From Rebecca billardiae RCC1528 (lineage: Eukaryota > Protista > Haptophyta): a stretch of DNA of 64,000 nt. A program made the translations under genes and the position numbers. Under the pieces are notes generated by a model. That model did not search any database, was not told the DNA's origin, and saw nothing but the letters and a program-made list of their open reading frames with translations. Numbering within the stretch: position 1 is the stretch's first letter; each line of letters opens with the position of its first letter. The stretch lies in the NCBI GenBank assembly GCA_965240325.2, contig OZ251222.1:1302001-1366000 (forward strand). Direction: 5' to 3'. Shown here in pieces: positions 1-10,392 of the stretch.

Positions 1-423
1 TCACCAGGCGTCTGGGGATATGCAGGCGGCAATGATGATGAGGCGCACGAGCGACTAGGCAGCATCGGGCATGACATCTGGCACTCAGACTGAGGCAGTG
101 ATGCAGCGCTGGACCGCGCGGTACTGCGGTCCTTCTAGCTACGCACCGGGAACGATTCTGATTAGCTAGTGATGGACTAACACGTCGTTGCGGCGAGTGA
201 CGAAATGATGATGATGACGCGATGACATGAATCATCATAAATTCATAATATATGCGCTGATGAGACTGACTCTGATGAAGTCGTCCGGCCGCGATGTATT
301 GCTGCGCTGACTACGACTATTCCTTCGGCGTCGTTGTCGGGACTCGGCCTCGGGTGATCTACAGAGTAACTCTACAGGTCTAGACTCCAGTTACTCAACA
401 AGCTGTGTAGCAGTCTCAGCTGC

Positions 424-2001
424 TCAGCCGCCCGAAGTTGCGACGAAGCGCTGCACGACGGGCACCGTGCCGAGCACGAGCGAGAGGATGCCAAAGGCGA
501 GGATGAGCCCCTGCGGCGCGTGCGCCCACGCCAGCGGCGGCACCGCCGGCTCGGCGCGCGCGCGCACCTTGAGGTAGAGGGCGACGGGGAGAACGAACGC
601 GACCAGGTTGGTGCACACCGCGCCGTTCAGGCTGAGCACGAGCGAGAGGTCGGAGATGAGCAGCGCGACGGCGACGGCGGCGAGGTTGAGCGCGAGCGTG
701 ACGCCGTAGAACTGCGCCGCGCTCGCCTCGAGCCGCGCCTCGTTCCTCCCGAACGCAAAGTCGATCAGCGAGAGCTTGCACGGGATCATCATGATCATGT
801 ACGAGAGGACGACCAGGTCTAGCAGCGCGAGCCGCGCGACGATGGCGGTCGGCGACTCAGGCGCAAAGTTGCGCAGCACGTTGCCCTGCACGCCGTCGGT
901 GAAGGTGACGTACGCGATCGCGCCGATGAAGAAGTCCATCGCGAACACCAGCGCGTACGCGTTGCGCGACACCGCGCCGACGTTGGCCGCGCTCGTGTCG
1001 CGCATCGTCGCGAGCACGACGCCGCCGCCCGCCTGGATCGAGAAGACGAGGAGCAGGATCGGGAACGCCGACATGAACTCGGCGGCGGAGGGCGGCCCCC
1101 ACGCGAGGGCGCCGAGGGCCGGGAGGCCGGTGTGCGCGAGCTGCGCGGCGCAGTACACCGAGACCGCGACGAGCATCACCACGCCGCCGAGGAACGCGAC
1201 GAAGGAGAGAAGGGCGACCGCCTTGAGTGAGCGCACGAGCGTGGTGGGCAGCAGCAGCGCCGCCCAGCAGCCGATCAGGACGAGGCGGGAGGGCGGCGTG
1301 GCGTCGGCGCTGAGGACGAGGGCGAGGAGCCCCTCGACTGCGTCCGCCGCCGCGTCCACGTACGACACGCAGCACAGGAAGCCGAAGACGGAGTAGAGCA
1401 GGATGAGCGTGACGCGGCCGGCGCCGCCAAACGCGTGCGCGCCCAGCTCGGCGCTCGCCGGGTCCGTCTTTGCGAGGCCGTTGGTCGTCACGTTGAGCAG
1501 CAGCGTGTAGCGGTTGAGCACGGCGGAGAAGAGCATCATGCCAAGCGCCGGCAGGATCCCCGCCTTCGCGATCGCGAAGCCCATCGAGAGCATGCCCGAG
1601 CCTAGGCAGTTGTTCAGCAGATTCACAATCGCCTCACCGTTTGTCTGCAAAGACGCGGCGGCGGCCTCGGCGGCCGGGGTCACCTCCGCGGCCTCGTCGG
1701 CCTCGTGGAGAAGCACGCTCAGCTTCTTGTCAGGCGGGGCGATCAGCCCTCCCACCACCGAGATGCGCCGCTGCAGGCCCGCGGTGAATCGCGACGACTC
1801 GCCGAGCGCGCCACGGGTGATCACTCGGCCGTGCGGCGCCATGAACGCCTTCGAGTCCATGCTCTGCAGCGATCGGGTGACGTGGCGCAGGACGCGCCAC
1901 CGCCCCGCGGCCGTCCGCTTCGACGGCGCCGCCGCTGCCGGCGCCGCCGGCAGCAGTGGCTCAGCACGCTCGCCGTCATCTGCGCGCTCGGCCGTCGCCA
2001 T
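424..2001 (-). CDS. Transmembrane amino-acid transporter (Aa_trans / SLC38-AVT-like)
   Basis: 525-aa ORF with about 10-11 hydrophobic segments. Motif NLLNNCLGSGMLSMGFAIAKAG matches the first helix of this family; FVLP motif lies near the C-terminus. Confidence 0.9.
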   Translation of the reverse strand: MATAERADDGERAEPLLPAAPAAAAPSKRTAAGRWRVLRHVTRSLQSMDSKAFMAPHGRVITRGALGESSRFTAGLQRRISVVGGLIAPPDKKLSVLLHEADEAAEVTPAAEAAAASLQTNGEAIVNLLNNCLGSGMLSMGFAIAKAGILPALGMMLFSAVLNRYTLLLNVTTNGLAKTDPASAELGAHAFGGAGRVTLILLYSVFGFLCCVSYVDAAADAVEGLLALVLSADATPPSRLVLIGCWAALLLPTTLVRSLKAVALLSFVAFLGGVVMLVAVSVYCAAQLAHTGLPALGALAWGPPSAAEFMSAFPILLLVFSIQAGGGVVLATMRDTSAANVGAVSRNAYALVFAMDFFIGAIAYVTFTDGVQGNVLRNFAPESPTAIVARLALLDLVVLSYMIMMIPCKLSLIDFAFGRNEARLEASAAQFYGVTLALNLAAVAVALLISDLSLVLSLNGAVCTNLVAFVLPVALYLKVRARAEPAVPPLAWAHAPQGLILAFGILSLVLGTVPVVQRFVATSGG

Positions 2002-2363
2002 GCCCGACTGGCGGGTGGTGCGATGGCAAGCGAAATGACGGTTGGTCCATCAGACATAGTAAACAGTACTACTATGCGGGTAGTACAGTAGCGCTGTCAC
2101 ATGGGATTGACCCGTGTGACAGCTGTCACACGTCTATGGTTACCACTTGATCGACGACGGGTCGAACGGCTGGTGCCGGTGGACGTGGTTGTGCGTGCGC
2201 CAACAGTAGCTGCAGATGCAGTCACAGGTGGTGCGGTGGTTGATGTGATCGAGTGCTCATGCTCAGTCAGTCCCTGCGATCACGCTCGAGTGGTCGCGCG
2301 TTGCCGCAGCGGGGGCTTCGAAAGTCTTCAAAGGTGCCAAGTGCACCGGGCGCCGCAACGACC

Positions 2364-3224
2364 TCACGAGGATTCCGCATCTGCACGCATCGCATTGAGC
2401 TGCCTTTGCGCCTCGCTCCAGCTGAGCGTGTCGCCCACGCGCATCTCGAAGAGCTGCGCCAGCGGCGCGTCGAGCTCCAGGACGATGTCGCCCCCGCGCT
2501 GGAAGGCTCTGCCAGCTATGTAGGTCGCGAAGAGCCCTAACGCCTTCTCGAGGTCCACGGGTCGGTTCGGCCTCACGGGAAGGCCGAGGTATGCGCGCGC
2601 CGCGAACCAGAAACCGGACAGCGGCGTCCCGGGCTTGAGCAGCACGGGCGTGCGCCTCTTCACATCGACCCAGTGCGCGCCCTCATCACGCACGCGCCGG
2701 CAGAAGTCGCGGTGGCGCGGCCACGCGGTCGCTTGACACTCGCGCGAGCAGTAGACGGTCTGGCACGTGGCGCAGCACAGCACCTTTTTGAAAACGAGCT
2801 CGCAGCCGTCGCACACGCGCAGCTCGCCAGGCCTCACCTCGTGCCGCTGGCCATCCGCCGTGATGTAGGACACCGGTATGACGAGGAGGAACCCGCGAGG
2901 GTTGTGCGCCGCCCAGGGGGCGACGCGCGCGAAGAGTTTCTCGGACGCATCCACGATCGGCTTCACGATGTTGAAGGTGATGTTCTCATATATCGCCTTC
3001 TGCCTCGCTTCCACGGGGTGCCCATCCTTCACGCGCTGCGCCAACAAGTTGAACATGCGCGCGAGCAGCCGCGCCGCGGCGCGGCTCACGCCGAGCGCTA
3101 CCAGCTCGGGCATGCCCAGGTCATTCATCCCCACCGTGTACACGTCGCCGAGCGTGGCGCGCGGCTCGAACACCTCCTGAATAGCCATGTGCGCGAGCGA
3201 GTCGTCCGTTGGCATAGTCGACAT
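2364..3224 (-). CDS. DUF4262-like N-terminal domain plus MYND-type zinc finger protein
   Basis: Start taken at MSTMPTDD (ATG 3224). YTVGMNDLGMPELVALGV resembles the DUF4262 motif. CDGC..CCATCQTVYCSRECQATAWPRHRDFC is a MYND finger. Confidence 0.7.
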   Translation of the reverse strand: MSTMPTDDSLAHMAIQEVFEPRATLGDVYTVGMNDLGMPELVALGVSRAAARLLARMFNLLAQRVKDGHPVEARQKAIYENITFNIVKPIVDASEKLFARVAPWAAHNPRGFLLVIPVSYITADGQRHEVRPGELRVCDGCELVFKKVLCCATCQTVYCSRECQATAWPRHRDFCRRVRDEGAHWVDVKRRTPVLLKPGTPLSGFWFAARAYLGLPVRPNRPVDLEKALGLFATYIAGRAFQRGGDIVLELDAPLAQLFEMRVGDTLSWSEAQRQLNAMRADAESS

Positions 3225-3518
3225 CGTTTTGGCGCGAAACTCGCGGCGCCACGCGCGCGCGCCGCGAGCCACCGAACGACTCGTTGAGTCGTTGTTGAGT
3301 CTGGACCGGAAGGGACTCCCTTGGTCTGGAAGTCGTTGGTGCTTACAAGCTTGCGCGCCAGCCCTGCCCTGCAAGTACATGTTACTTACATGTGTCCTGC
3401 CGCTGGGGCCTGGGCAGGCCCTGCCGCTGGGCCTGGCCAGGGCCGCAGGGCGGGAGCGCTGTTGATCAGGAACCGACCAGACCGACTGCTACCGTACAGT
3501 AGTCAGTACTGAGGCCGC

Positions 3519-6500
3519 CTACCTCTTGGACCTGCTCCCTTTGCTGCGCCCTTTCTTGCCTTTGCCCTTGCCTTTCGGCTTGGCCGTGGGGCGCGCCGGC
3601 TCGTGATGCTCGGCGCGGGACGCTCCTTCGCCCACCTCAGGCTCGGGCTCAGCCTCAGGAGCCTCAGGTTCCGAGAGGTGAGCACCGCCCGACTGCTCAG
3701 CCTCGTGCGCAGCCAACGAGGGCGGAGCGCCGCTGCTAGCAGCTGCAGCCCGCCCAGCTTCCTCGACGCCGCCCAGGAGCGCAGGCTGCGGCGCCTCAGC
3801 ATGCAAGCGGTGCCCCTCAGCCGCCGCGTCGGCCGCCGGGTCCAGACCGTCTGAGCCGGGCCGGGCTGCCTCAGACTGGCGGGGCTCGGCTGGAGTGGGG
3901 GAGGCTGGGCCGGCCTCAGCCGGACTCCCGACGGTGGTGGGCGGAGCAGTGTCGGCCGTGGGCTCAGCAGCTGCCGCCGGCGCGGTGGCAGACCCTGCGT
4001 CGAAGCGGACGCCTGCACCCCGACGGTCTGGCAAGAAGCGTTTGGGCTTAGCCACTGCGGGCTCAGCAGCTGCCGCCGGCGCGGTGGCAGACCCTGCGTC
4101 GAAGCGGACGCCTGCACCCCGACGGTCTGGCAAGAAGCGTTTGGGCTTAGCCACTGCTGCCGCCGCCGCTGCCGCCGCGTTGGCGACACCGCAGCCCGCA
4201 GCGCTCTGCGCAGGCGCGGTCACTTCCGCCGCGTGATCGGCAGCCCGCAGCTCGCCGCCGCCCTCGCCGCCCGCACAGGCGGTGGCCGGCGCGCCATCCG
4301 GCAGAACGATCGAGATGGCGGGCGCGCCTGCCCCCTCGTCCGTGGCAGCGGCGAGGGCGGTAGCCGGCGCGCCATCCAGCAGAACCATTGAGATGGCGGG
4401 CGCGCCTGCCCCCTCGTCCGTGGCAGCATCGGCAGCTGTGCCCATCGCGCCGTCGCGCTCGCCACCGCCCTCCTCGGCTGCGCCTGACGCGGCCGGCGCG
4501 GCAGCCGGCGGGGTGGCGAGTGGTGCAGCGGCGCCGCTCGCGGCCTGCTCGGCTACACATGCGCCGGGGTCGGCGGCGGCCTCGGCGGCGGCGACCCCTC
4601 TGCTGGCGCCACCGCCAGCCTCGGCCGCGGCCGGGGCGGCGGGTGCGGTGGGCGGCGCGGGCGCGAGGGTCGCCGGCGCGTCCGCCTGCGCGTCGGCGCC
4701 GGCGTCAGCGCCGGCATTGGGAACGCTGCCCGTACTGCTCTCGCCGCCATCGTCCTCGTCGCCGCTCGTCGCGTCCGCGTCCGCGCCGCCGTCCGCCGGC
4801 GCGCCGGCGCAGCCCTGCGGCGCGTCGTGTGGAAATTCGTCATGCTTATTGTAAATGAGCAGGCTCGGCTTGGACTGCAGCAGGCACTGCGTGCCCTCGC
4901 GGCTCACCTTGTAGTTGCCGCACGTGTTGAGCCAGCGCAGCCGCGGGCACGCGGCCATCGTCGAGAGCGCCACCACCGACCGATCCGTGAGCCGTGCGTT
5001 CGCGGAGCAACACAACTCGACGAGGTGAGGCGTGCGCGCGCTCAGCGTTTGAACCGTGGCGTCGGTCAGGCAGCCGATGGCATGGAGGCTGAGGTGGCGC
5101 AGGGGCAGCTCGGCGCGGGGCCGCGCCGGCGGGCACGCCGCGCCGGACGAGCCCGCCTCCTCGCTCGCGCCGCCGCCGCCCTCCCCGCCTTCGGCAAACA
5201 GCGCACGCACACCCGCGTCAGTTAGCGCAGAGCACCCGCTCAAGTTGAGGAGCTGCAGCCTCGCCAGCGCGCCGCTCTCGCGCAGCGCGGACAGAGTGGC
5301 GTCCCGAACGGCGCGCACCGCGCCGGAGAGGTCGAGCGCCGCGATCCCAGCGCCGAGGCCTCCGCTGTCGGCCGCCACGCCAGGGGCCGGTCCCGCCCTG
5401 GCGAGCATTGCGCGCGCCAGGCCGGGCTCCAGCCAGCGGCAGCCCCGGAGGGACAGGCGGGCGCCTGAGCGCAGCCGCGCGGCCGGCGGCGCGCGGAGCG
5501 CCGCGCAGAGGGCGAGCGAGGGCGCGAGCTCGCAGCCGAGCGCGCGGCACGTGCTCAGCGCGGCGGGCACGCGCACGCGCGGCGCAGCGTGCGCGCGCTC
5601 CACCGCCACACACGCCGCGCGCGCCGCGCGCCGCGTGAGTCGCAGGCAGGGGCCAAAAACCGACGCGCCGTGCGCCGCGCGCTCGGCGAGCGTGGGCCCT
5701 TGCTGCTCCGAGAGCAGCGGCTGCTCGGGGTCGTTCGGGTGCAGGTGCCACGCCTGCATCGCCGCGTGCAGCGCCGCCGGCTCCCAGTACTCGGCGTCCG
5801 CGTGCAGCCCGCTCAGCGCGAACGCGAGGTCGTCGCTGTCGTCGTGCGCGCGGCGGCGCGCGCGCTCGGCGCACAGCCACGCGCCGTGCAGTCTGGCCCA
5901 GCAGGTGAGCAGCGCGCTCGCAGCCTCGGGGCGCGCGGCCTCCCACGCCTCGCGCGCGCGCGCAGGGACGCACGCCTCGAAGGCGAAGAGCACGTCCGCC
6001 GCAGCCAAGGCCTCGTCGCCGCTCCTCGCCTCCGAGCCCGCATCATCAGCGGCCGTCGGTGCCGTCGGCGCAACTGGCGCAACGGCTCCGCCTCCGAATG
6101 AGCAGGGCGGGCGCGGCTCAGACTGAGGCGCGCCCGCTGGCGCGGCGCACGGCTCGTCGTCCGCGCGCGCGGTGAGCCGAAGGATGAGCGCGCGCTGCAG
6201 GCAGTCTGGGAGCTGCGCGATCGCCGCGCCCACCTCCCACAGCGCGGGCCATTCGCCGAGCGGCACGCCTGTCAACAACTGGCCTCCTAGCCAGTCTTGC
6301 GCGCGCGCGTCCGCGCGCCACGCGCGCACGAGTGCGCCGAAGCAGCGCGCGGCGGCGTCGAGGGCGAGCCCTTCCTGCACGCCCCCGAGCTGCACGGCGC
6401 GCATGCGCTCGAGCAGCGCGACGATGCCGCGCACGCCGCGCGCCTCGAGCGCGCCAATGGCCAGCTCGTGCAGCGTCGCCGGGTCCGCGCAGACCCGTGC

Positions 6501-6869
6501 CACGGCTGCCGGTGGCGCGCCCTCGGCGAGGACGCCCGCTGATGCGGGTGCCGCGGCATCCGCGGCCGTGGGCTCGCCAAAATCGGCGCGTGCTTCCCCC
6601 GCGCGGTCGGCGGGAGCCTCCTCCTCGGCGGCGGCGCTGTCCGCGGCGGGCGAAACGCTCTCGTCGCGCTGCGCCAAGCGCGGGACGTTTGCGGACTCAG
6701 GCTGTGCTGGGTGCTGGACGGCCGCTGGCGCCGGCGCGGCCGCGCGCGAGAGCCCGGCTTTCGCTTCGAGGGCGTGGATGGCCTCGCGAAGCCGCACGAG
6801 CGCGTCATCTTGCTTTGTAGACCATGCCTCGAGTCTGTCAAGGTCGCCGGCGAGGGTGCGAGTCGCCAT
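3519..6869 (-). CDS. Leucine-rich-repeat (cysteine-containing, FBXL/AMN1-like) protein with low-complexity C-terminus
   Basis: 1116-aa ORF with repeats LQLLNLSGCSALTDAGV, LRHLSLHAIGCLTDATV, LCCSANARLTDRSV and LRWLNTCGNYKVS. Ends in a basic KGKGKGKKGRSK tail. Confidence 0.75.
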   Translation of the reverse strand: MATRTLAGDLDRLEAWSTKQDDALVRLREAIHALEAKAGLSRAAAPAPAAVQHPAQPESANVPRLAQRDESVSPAADSAAAEEEAPADRAGEARADFGEPTAADAAAPASAGVLAEGAPPAAVARVCADPATLHELAIGALEARGVRGIVALLERMRAVQLGGVQEGLALDAAARCFGALVRAWRADARAQDWLGGQLLTGVPLGEWPALWEVGAAIAQLPDCLQRALILRLTARADDEPCAAPAGAPQSEPRPPCSFGGGAVAPVAPTAPTAADDAGSEARSGDEALAAADVLFAFEACVPARAREAWEAARPEAASALLTCWARLHGAWLCAERARRRAHDDSDDLAFALSGLHADAEYWEPAALHAAMQAWHLHPNDPEQPLLSEQQGPTLAERAAHGASVFGPCLRLTRRAARAACVAVERAHAAPRVRVPAALSTCRALGCELAPSLALCAALRAPPAARLRSGARLSLRGCRWLEPGLARAMLARAGPAPGVAADSGGLGAGIAALDLSGAVRAVRDATLSALRESGALARLQLLNLSGCSALTDAGVRALFAEGGEGGGGASEEAGSSGAACPPARPRAELPLRHLSLHAIGCLTDATVQTLSARTPHLVELCCSANARLTDRSVVALSTMAACPRLRWLNTCGNYKVSREGTQCLLQSKPSLLIYNKHDEFPHDAPQGCAGAPADGGADADATSGDEDDGGESSTGSVPNAGADAGADAQADAPATLAPAPPTAPAAPAAAEAGGGASRGVAAAEAAADPGACVAEQAASGAAAPLATPPAAAPAASGAAEEGGGERDGAMGTAADAATDEGAGAPAISMVLLDGAPATALAAATDEGAGAPAISIVLPDGAPATACAGGEGGGELRAADHAAEVTAPAQSAAGCGVANAAAAAAAAVAKPKRFLPDRRGAGVRFDAGSATAPAAAAEPAVAKPKRFLPDRRGAGVRFDAGSATAPAAAAEPTADTAPPTTVGSPAEAGPASPTPAEPRQSEAARPGSDGLDPAADAAAEGHRLHAEAPQPALLGGVEEAGRAAAASSGAPPSLAAHEAEQSGGAHLSEPEAPEAEPEPEVGEGASRAEHHEPARPTAKPKGKGKGKKGRSKGSRSKR
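3960..4157. repeat. Two-copy 99-bp in-frame tandem duplication (33 aa) in the LRR gene
   Basis: GGCTCAGCAGCTGCCGCC...TTAGCCACTGC occurs at 3961 and again at 4060; peptide AVAKPKRFLPDRRGAGVRFDAGSATAPAAAAEP appears twice. Confidence 0.95.
4284..4428. repeat. Two-copy 78-bp diverged in-frame duplication in the LRR gene
   Basis: Peptide AATDEGAGAPAIS(M/I)VL(L/P)DGAPATA appears twice. Confidence 0.9.
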
Positions 6870-6929
6870 CGTGCGTTCCGGCGTTCATCGTTCCGCCGAG
6901 GACGCGTCCACTTATTCAGGCCAGCAAGC
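6870..6929. promoter_or_regulatory. Putative very short bidirectional promoter region
   Basis: Only 60 bp separate the divergent ATGs at 6869 (-) and 6930 (+). Confidence 0.5.
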
Positions 6930-8537
6930 ATGGCGAGCGAGAGCGGCGGCGGCGTGAAGTTCGCGCTTCCCAAGTCGAAGAAGCCTAGCGTGGGCGCCGG
7001 CGCGCGGCCGGTGCTCGGCGGGCCGGACGACGCGGGTGTCGATGGCGCCGACGACGAGCAGCGCCGCATCACCTCCTTCTCCGCCTCCGACGATGCGGCG
7101 CGCAAGGCGAACGAGCCTGCACTCGTGATCGCGCCGCAGCCCAACACAAACCTGCTCGGCGTCGCGCCGCGCGGCGCCGCGCCCGCGGCCGCGGAGGGCG
7201 GCGCGAACGCGGCTGACGATGAGAACCGCGCGGCCGCCGCAGCCCTGCTCGACGAGCTGCAGGCGGGTGGCGTCTCGGCCGCCGTGTACGGCGACGCGGC
7301 GGCGGCGGCCGGCTCGGCGGCCGGCTCGGCGGACGACGAGGCGCGCGCAGCGGCAGACGCGGCAGCGGACGCCCTGGGCAGCGGCGAGCGCATCGCGTAC
7401 GACGAGATGCCCATCGCCGACTTCGGCAAGGCGATGCTCCGCGGCATGGGCTGGAGTGAAGGCAAGGGCGTCGGCCGGAACCTCGAGAAGCCGAATCAGC
7501 CGGTCGAATACGTCGCACGCAACCACCGGCTAGGGCTGGGCGCGCAGCCCAAGGCGGCCGAGCCGCCGCCCTCGCGCCGGAAGGGCCCGCTGCGCCCGGG
7601 CGAGAGCCGCGAGCCGCGGCCCGACCTCGTGTACGTCGACCAGGACGGGCGGCAGCGCCACGTCAAGCCCATCGGCGAGTCGCTCGTCGCGCGCGCGCCG
7701 ACCGGTCTGCAGAAAGGCGCGGCGGTGCGCGTGCGGAGCGGAGCGCACGCCGGCCTCGACGCGACCATCCTGTCGATCGGCGGGCTGGACGGGAGCAAGA
7801 AGGCGACGGTCTCGCTTCAGCTCAGCGGCGCGCAGATCCTCGTGCCGCTCACCGAGCTCGAGCCCAGGCGCGAGGCCGAGCGAGCCGCGCCCGGCGGCGC
7901 GGGCGCGGGCGCGGGCGCCGCCTCGGCCGCCGGGCAGCAGCAGGGCGCAGGCGCCGCCGCCGGCGCGGCCGCCGACGGCGGCAAGCGCGAACGCGCGGCT
8001 GGCGGCGAGGGCGGCAGCGACGCGAAGCGCGCGCGCTCGCGAGACGAGCCCGCCGCCGGCGGTGGCCGGGAGCCCCGCCCCGACGGCAGCCGTGGCGCCG
8101 CGGGCTCCGGCGGGCGCGGCGCCGGCCGCAGCGCGCACGGCTGGGTGGTGCCGGCGATCCGCGTGCGTGTCGTGGACAGGCGCGCGCACGGCGGCGCGCT
8201 GTACAACCGCAAGGGCGTGGTGGTGGACACGGGCGGCGCGGACTCGTTCGGGCTGCTGCTCGACCAGCCCGGAGCCTCGGCACCGCCGGCGAGCGCGCGC
8301 GTGCGCGAAGGCTTCACGGTCCGCATGGTCGAGTCCGTTGTGCCGCGCGCCGAAGGCGCCGCCGTGTATGTCGTTCGCGGGCCACACCGCGGCCGTCGCG
8401 CGCGGCTGGTGTCGCGGGACTCGCGCGCCGACAAGGTGGCGGTACAGATGGTCGACGACTTCTCGGTGGCCACGCTGAGCTTCGATGACGTCGCCGAGTG
8501 GTGCGGTGCCGCGCTCGCAGAGGACGACGATGTGTGA
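6930..8537 (+). CDS. GPKOW: G-patch and KOW motif splicing factor (GPKOW/MOS2/Spp2 family)
   Basis: ATG at 6930 (MASESGG). G-patch MPIADFGKAMLRGMGWSEGKGVG...RLGLGA; KOW motifs VRVRSGAHAG and VYVVRGPHRG; C-terminal SFDDVAEW. Confidence 0.88.
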   Translation: MASESGGGVKFALPKSKKPSVGAGARPVLGGPDDAGVDGADDEQRRITSFSASDDAARKANEPALVIAPQPNTNLLGVAPRGAAPAAAEGGANAADDENRAAAAALLDELQAGGVSAAVYGDAAAAAGSAAGSADDEARAAADAAADALGSGERIAYDEMPIADFGKAMLRGMGWSEGKGVGRNLEKPNQPVEYVARNHRLGLGAQPKAAEPPPSRRKGPLRPGESREPRPDLVYVDQDGRQRHVKPIGESLVARAPTGLQKGAAVRVRSGAHAGLDATILSIGGLDGSKKATVSLQLSGAQILVPLTELEPRREAERAAPGGAGAGAGAASAAGQQQGAGAAAGAAADGGKRERAAGGEGGSDAKRARSRDEPAAGGGREPRPDGSRGAAGSGGRGAGRSAHGWVVPAIRVRVVDRRAHGGALYNRKGVVVDTGGADSFGLLLDQPGASAPPASARVREGFTVRMVESVVPRAEGAAVYVVRGPHRGRRARLVSRDSRADKVAVQMVDDFSVATLSFDDVAEWCGAALAEDDDV

Positions 8538-8767
8538 CACGCCGCCGGCCGCCCAGGACTTCACAGTATGACGTTTCGCTTCCGTAGCGCGCCGCGCCGT
8601 TGCTGGAGCCAAATATAGCCCGAGTGGCGAGTGGGGACTGGTTGCGCGCGACCGGGCGGCCCCGGGCGTGTTGGCGCCCACCGAAACCTGTTGGTGCCAG
8701 CCGAGCGACAAGCGTTGCCGCCACAAGCCCTCGCGAGGCGCGAGCCTTGACGTCCTCGGCCGCGTGG

Positions 8768-9952
8768 ATGGAGTCGCCCGCCCCGCGTTCGCCCGGCGCG
8801 CGCATCAGCCGAATGGAGGCGGGCGACACGCTCCTCCCCAGCATCGCCATGCGCCGCGGCCGGTCGGGCGAGCCCAAGCTGCAGCTGCCGGAGGGCGCGG
8901 CAACGTCCGCGCCACGGCAGGCGCTCCAGCCTATGCCCTCGCCCACCGGCACAGCGGGCCTCGGCGGGGAGGAGTTCGTGACGCCCGTGGGCGAGCAGTC
9001 GCCCGTGTCGCACCGCGGCAGTCGCACGGCGCTGCCCACTGCGCGCCGCCCGCTCGACCTGAGCGCCGCCGACAAGTGCGCCGATGGCCGTGCGCCCGGC
9101 GGCTCGGACGGCTCCGTTCTGCTGACCGCGCCGCCGGAGCACCTGCGCCCCGCTCACCGCGGGTTTCCGGAGCTGCACTCGGGGTCGAACGCGGCGCGCG
9201 CCTTCTTCCAAGAGCTCTCCGACGCGCTCGTCCGCCTCCGCCCCACCGAGGTGATGGCGACGCGCCGGCTCGCCCTGCACAAGGTCGGGCGGCTGCTGGG
9301 CGAGGTTCCCGACGGCGCGGACTCGGGCGCGCTCGGTGCGGTGATGGCGGCGGCGGGCGCGCTCGACCTGCTGGTGGCCGTGCTGCAGGACAGCTGCATC
9401 GCCGACTGCGAGACCGACGACGTCTGGCTGCTGCACTGCGCGCTCGCGCTCTGCGTCAACCTCGCGTGCCACGACCCGGACGCGATCGTCCGCGAGGCCG
9501 GTCTCGGCCCGTTCTTGCTGAGTGGCCTCCGCGTGCAGAACGAGCGGACGCGCATGCTGTGCGCGGCGGGCGCGCGGAACATCGCGTCGTCGCTCGACGG
9601 CGCGATGCTCATCGCCGACCCCGCCACCCGCGCCGCGCTCGAGGACCTCGCGCGCGACGAGAACATGGCGACGGCCACGTATGCCCGCGGCGCGCTCGTC
9701 GACGCGGCGAGGCTTCAGGGCGGCGGGCGCGCGGGGCTCGCCGCGGCGCAGATGGCCGCGTGCCTCCTCGGCGCCGCGCTCGTGCTCATCGTGCTCGTGG
9801 TCGTGCTCGCCGCCACGCGTGAGCCGGGCTCCGGCCTCTCCAGGCTCCGCGCCCCCGCTGCGCGAGCCGTGAGCCGCTCGTGGGCCCACGCCGCGTCGGC
9901 GCTCAGCCAGTCCGTCGCCGGCGGCGGCCTGCCGCCGCGCGCGTGCGAGTGA
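8768..9952 (+). CDS. Hypothetical protein with ARM-like helical region and C-terminal TM helix
   Basis: Armadillo-like AGALDLLVAVL..ALCVNLA..CAAGARNIA and hydrophobic LLGAALVLIVLVVVLAA. Start codon uncertain. Confidence 0.55.
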   Translation: MESPAPRSPGARISRMEAGDTLLPSIAMRRGRSGEPKLQLPEGAATSAPRQALQPMPSPTGTAGLGGEEFVTPVGEQSPVSHRGSRTALPTARRPLDLSAADKCADGRAPGGSDGSVLLTAPPEHLRPAHRGFPELHSGSNAARAFFQELSDALVRLRPTEVMATRRLALHKVGRLLGEVPDGADSGALGAVMAAAGALDLLVAVLQDSCIADCETDDVWLLHCALALCVNLACHDPDAIVREAGLGPFLLSGLRVQNERTRMLCAAGARNIASSLDGAMLIADPATRAALEDLARDENMATATYARGALVDAARLQGGGRAGLAAAQMAACLLGAALVLIVLVVVLAATREPGSGLSRLRAPAARAVSRSWAHAASALSQSVAGGGLPPRACE

Positions 9953-10392
9953 GACCGTGGCCTCCTGGCCGTGCTCTGTGTCTACGACTCTGAGACGTCT
10001 AGGACCATGCCCGCGTGGTTGCTTGGCGGCTGGCGCCGGTGCCGGCGGCTCGACTGCCGCCATGCCTGAGACGATCGCCCCGCAACTCATCTGATTGAAT
10101 GTGACATCACTCCACGTCGAGCGACGAGCCTGGGGGTGCGGCCTCCCTCCGGCCGTCCGGCACGAAGTACGGCCGGATCGTTAACGAAACGCATCAGACC
10201 CGCCCCGGCGCGGTGAGGGAACGCGCGCGCGTTGAGCGTGGCCGCCGCATTTCTTTGGCCCGGCGCCCGCGCTGTCGTCGAATTCCAAACAGCTCGTCCG
10301 ATTTCTGCTGCTGGTGGATTTGATGAGGATTTCCATGCGCCATCAACGGGGCGTGTCGGTCCTGCACCGAAACCCAGCAGCGCCACGCGAAC

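Noticed and set aside
9950-10069. Possible UGA readthrough or selenocysteine after the ARM-like ORF
   Set aside because: There is no redox-motif context or recognisable SECIS, and a short open frame after a stop is unremarkable at this GC content.
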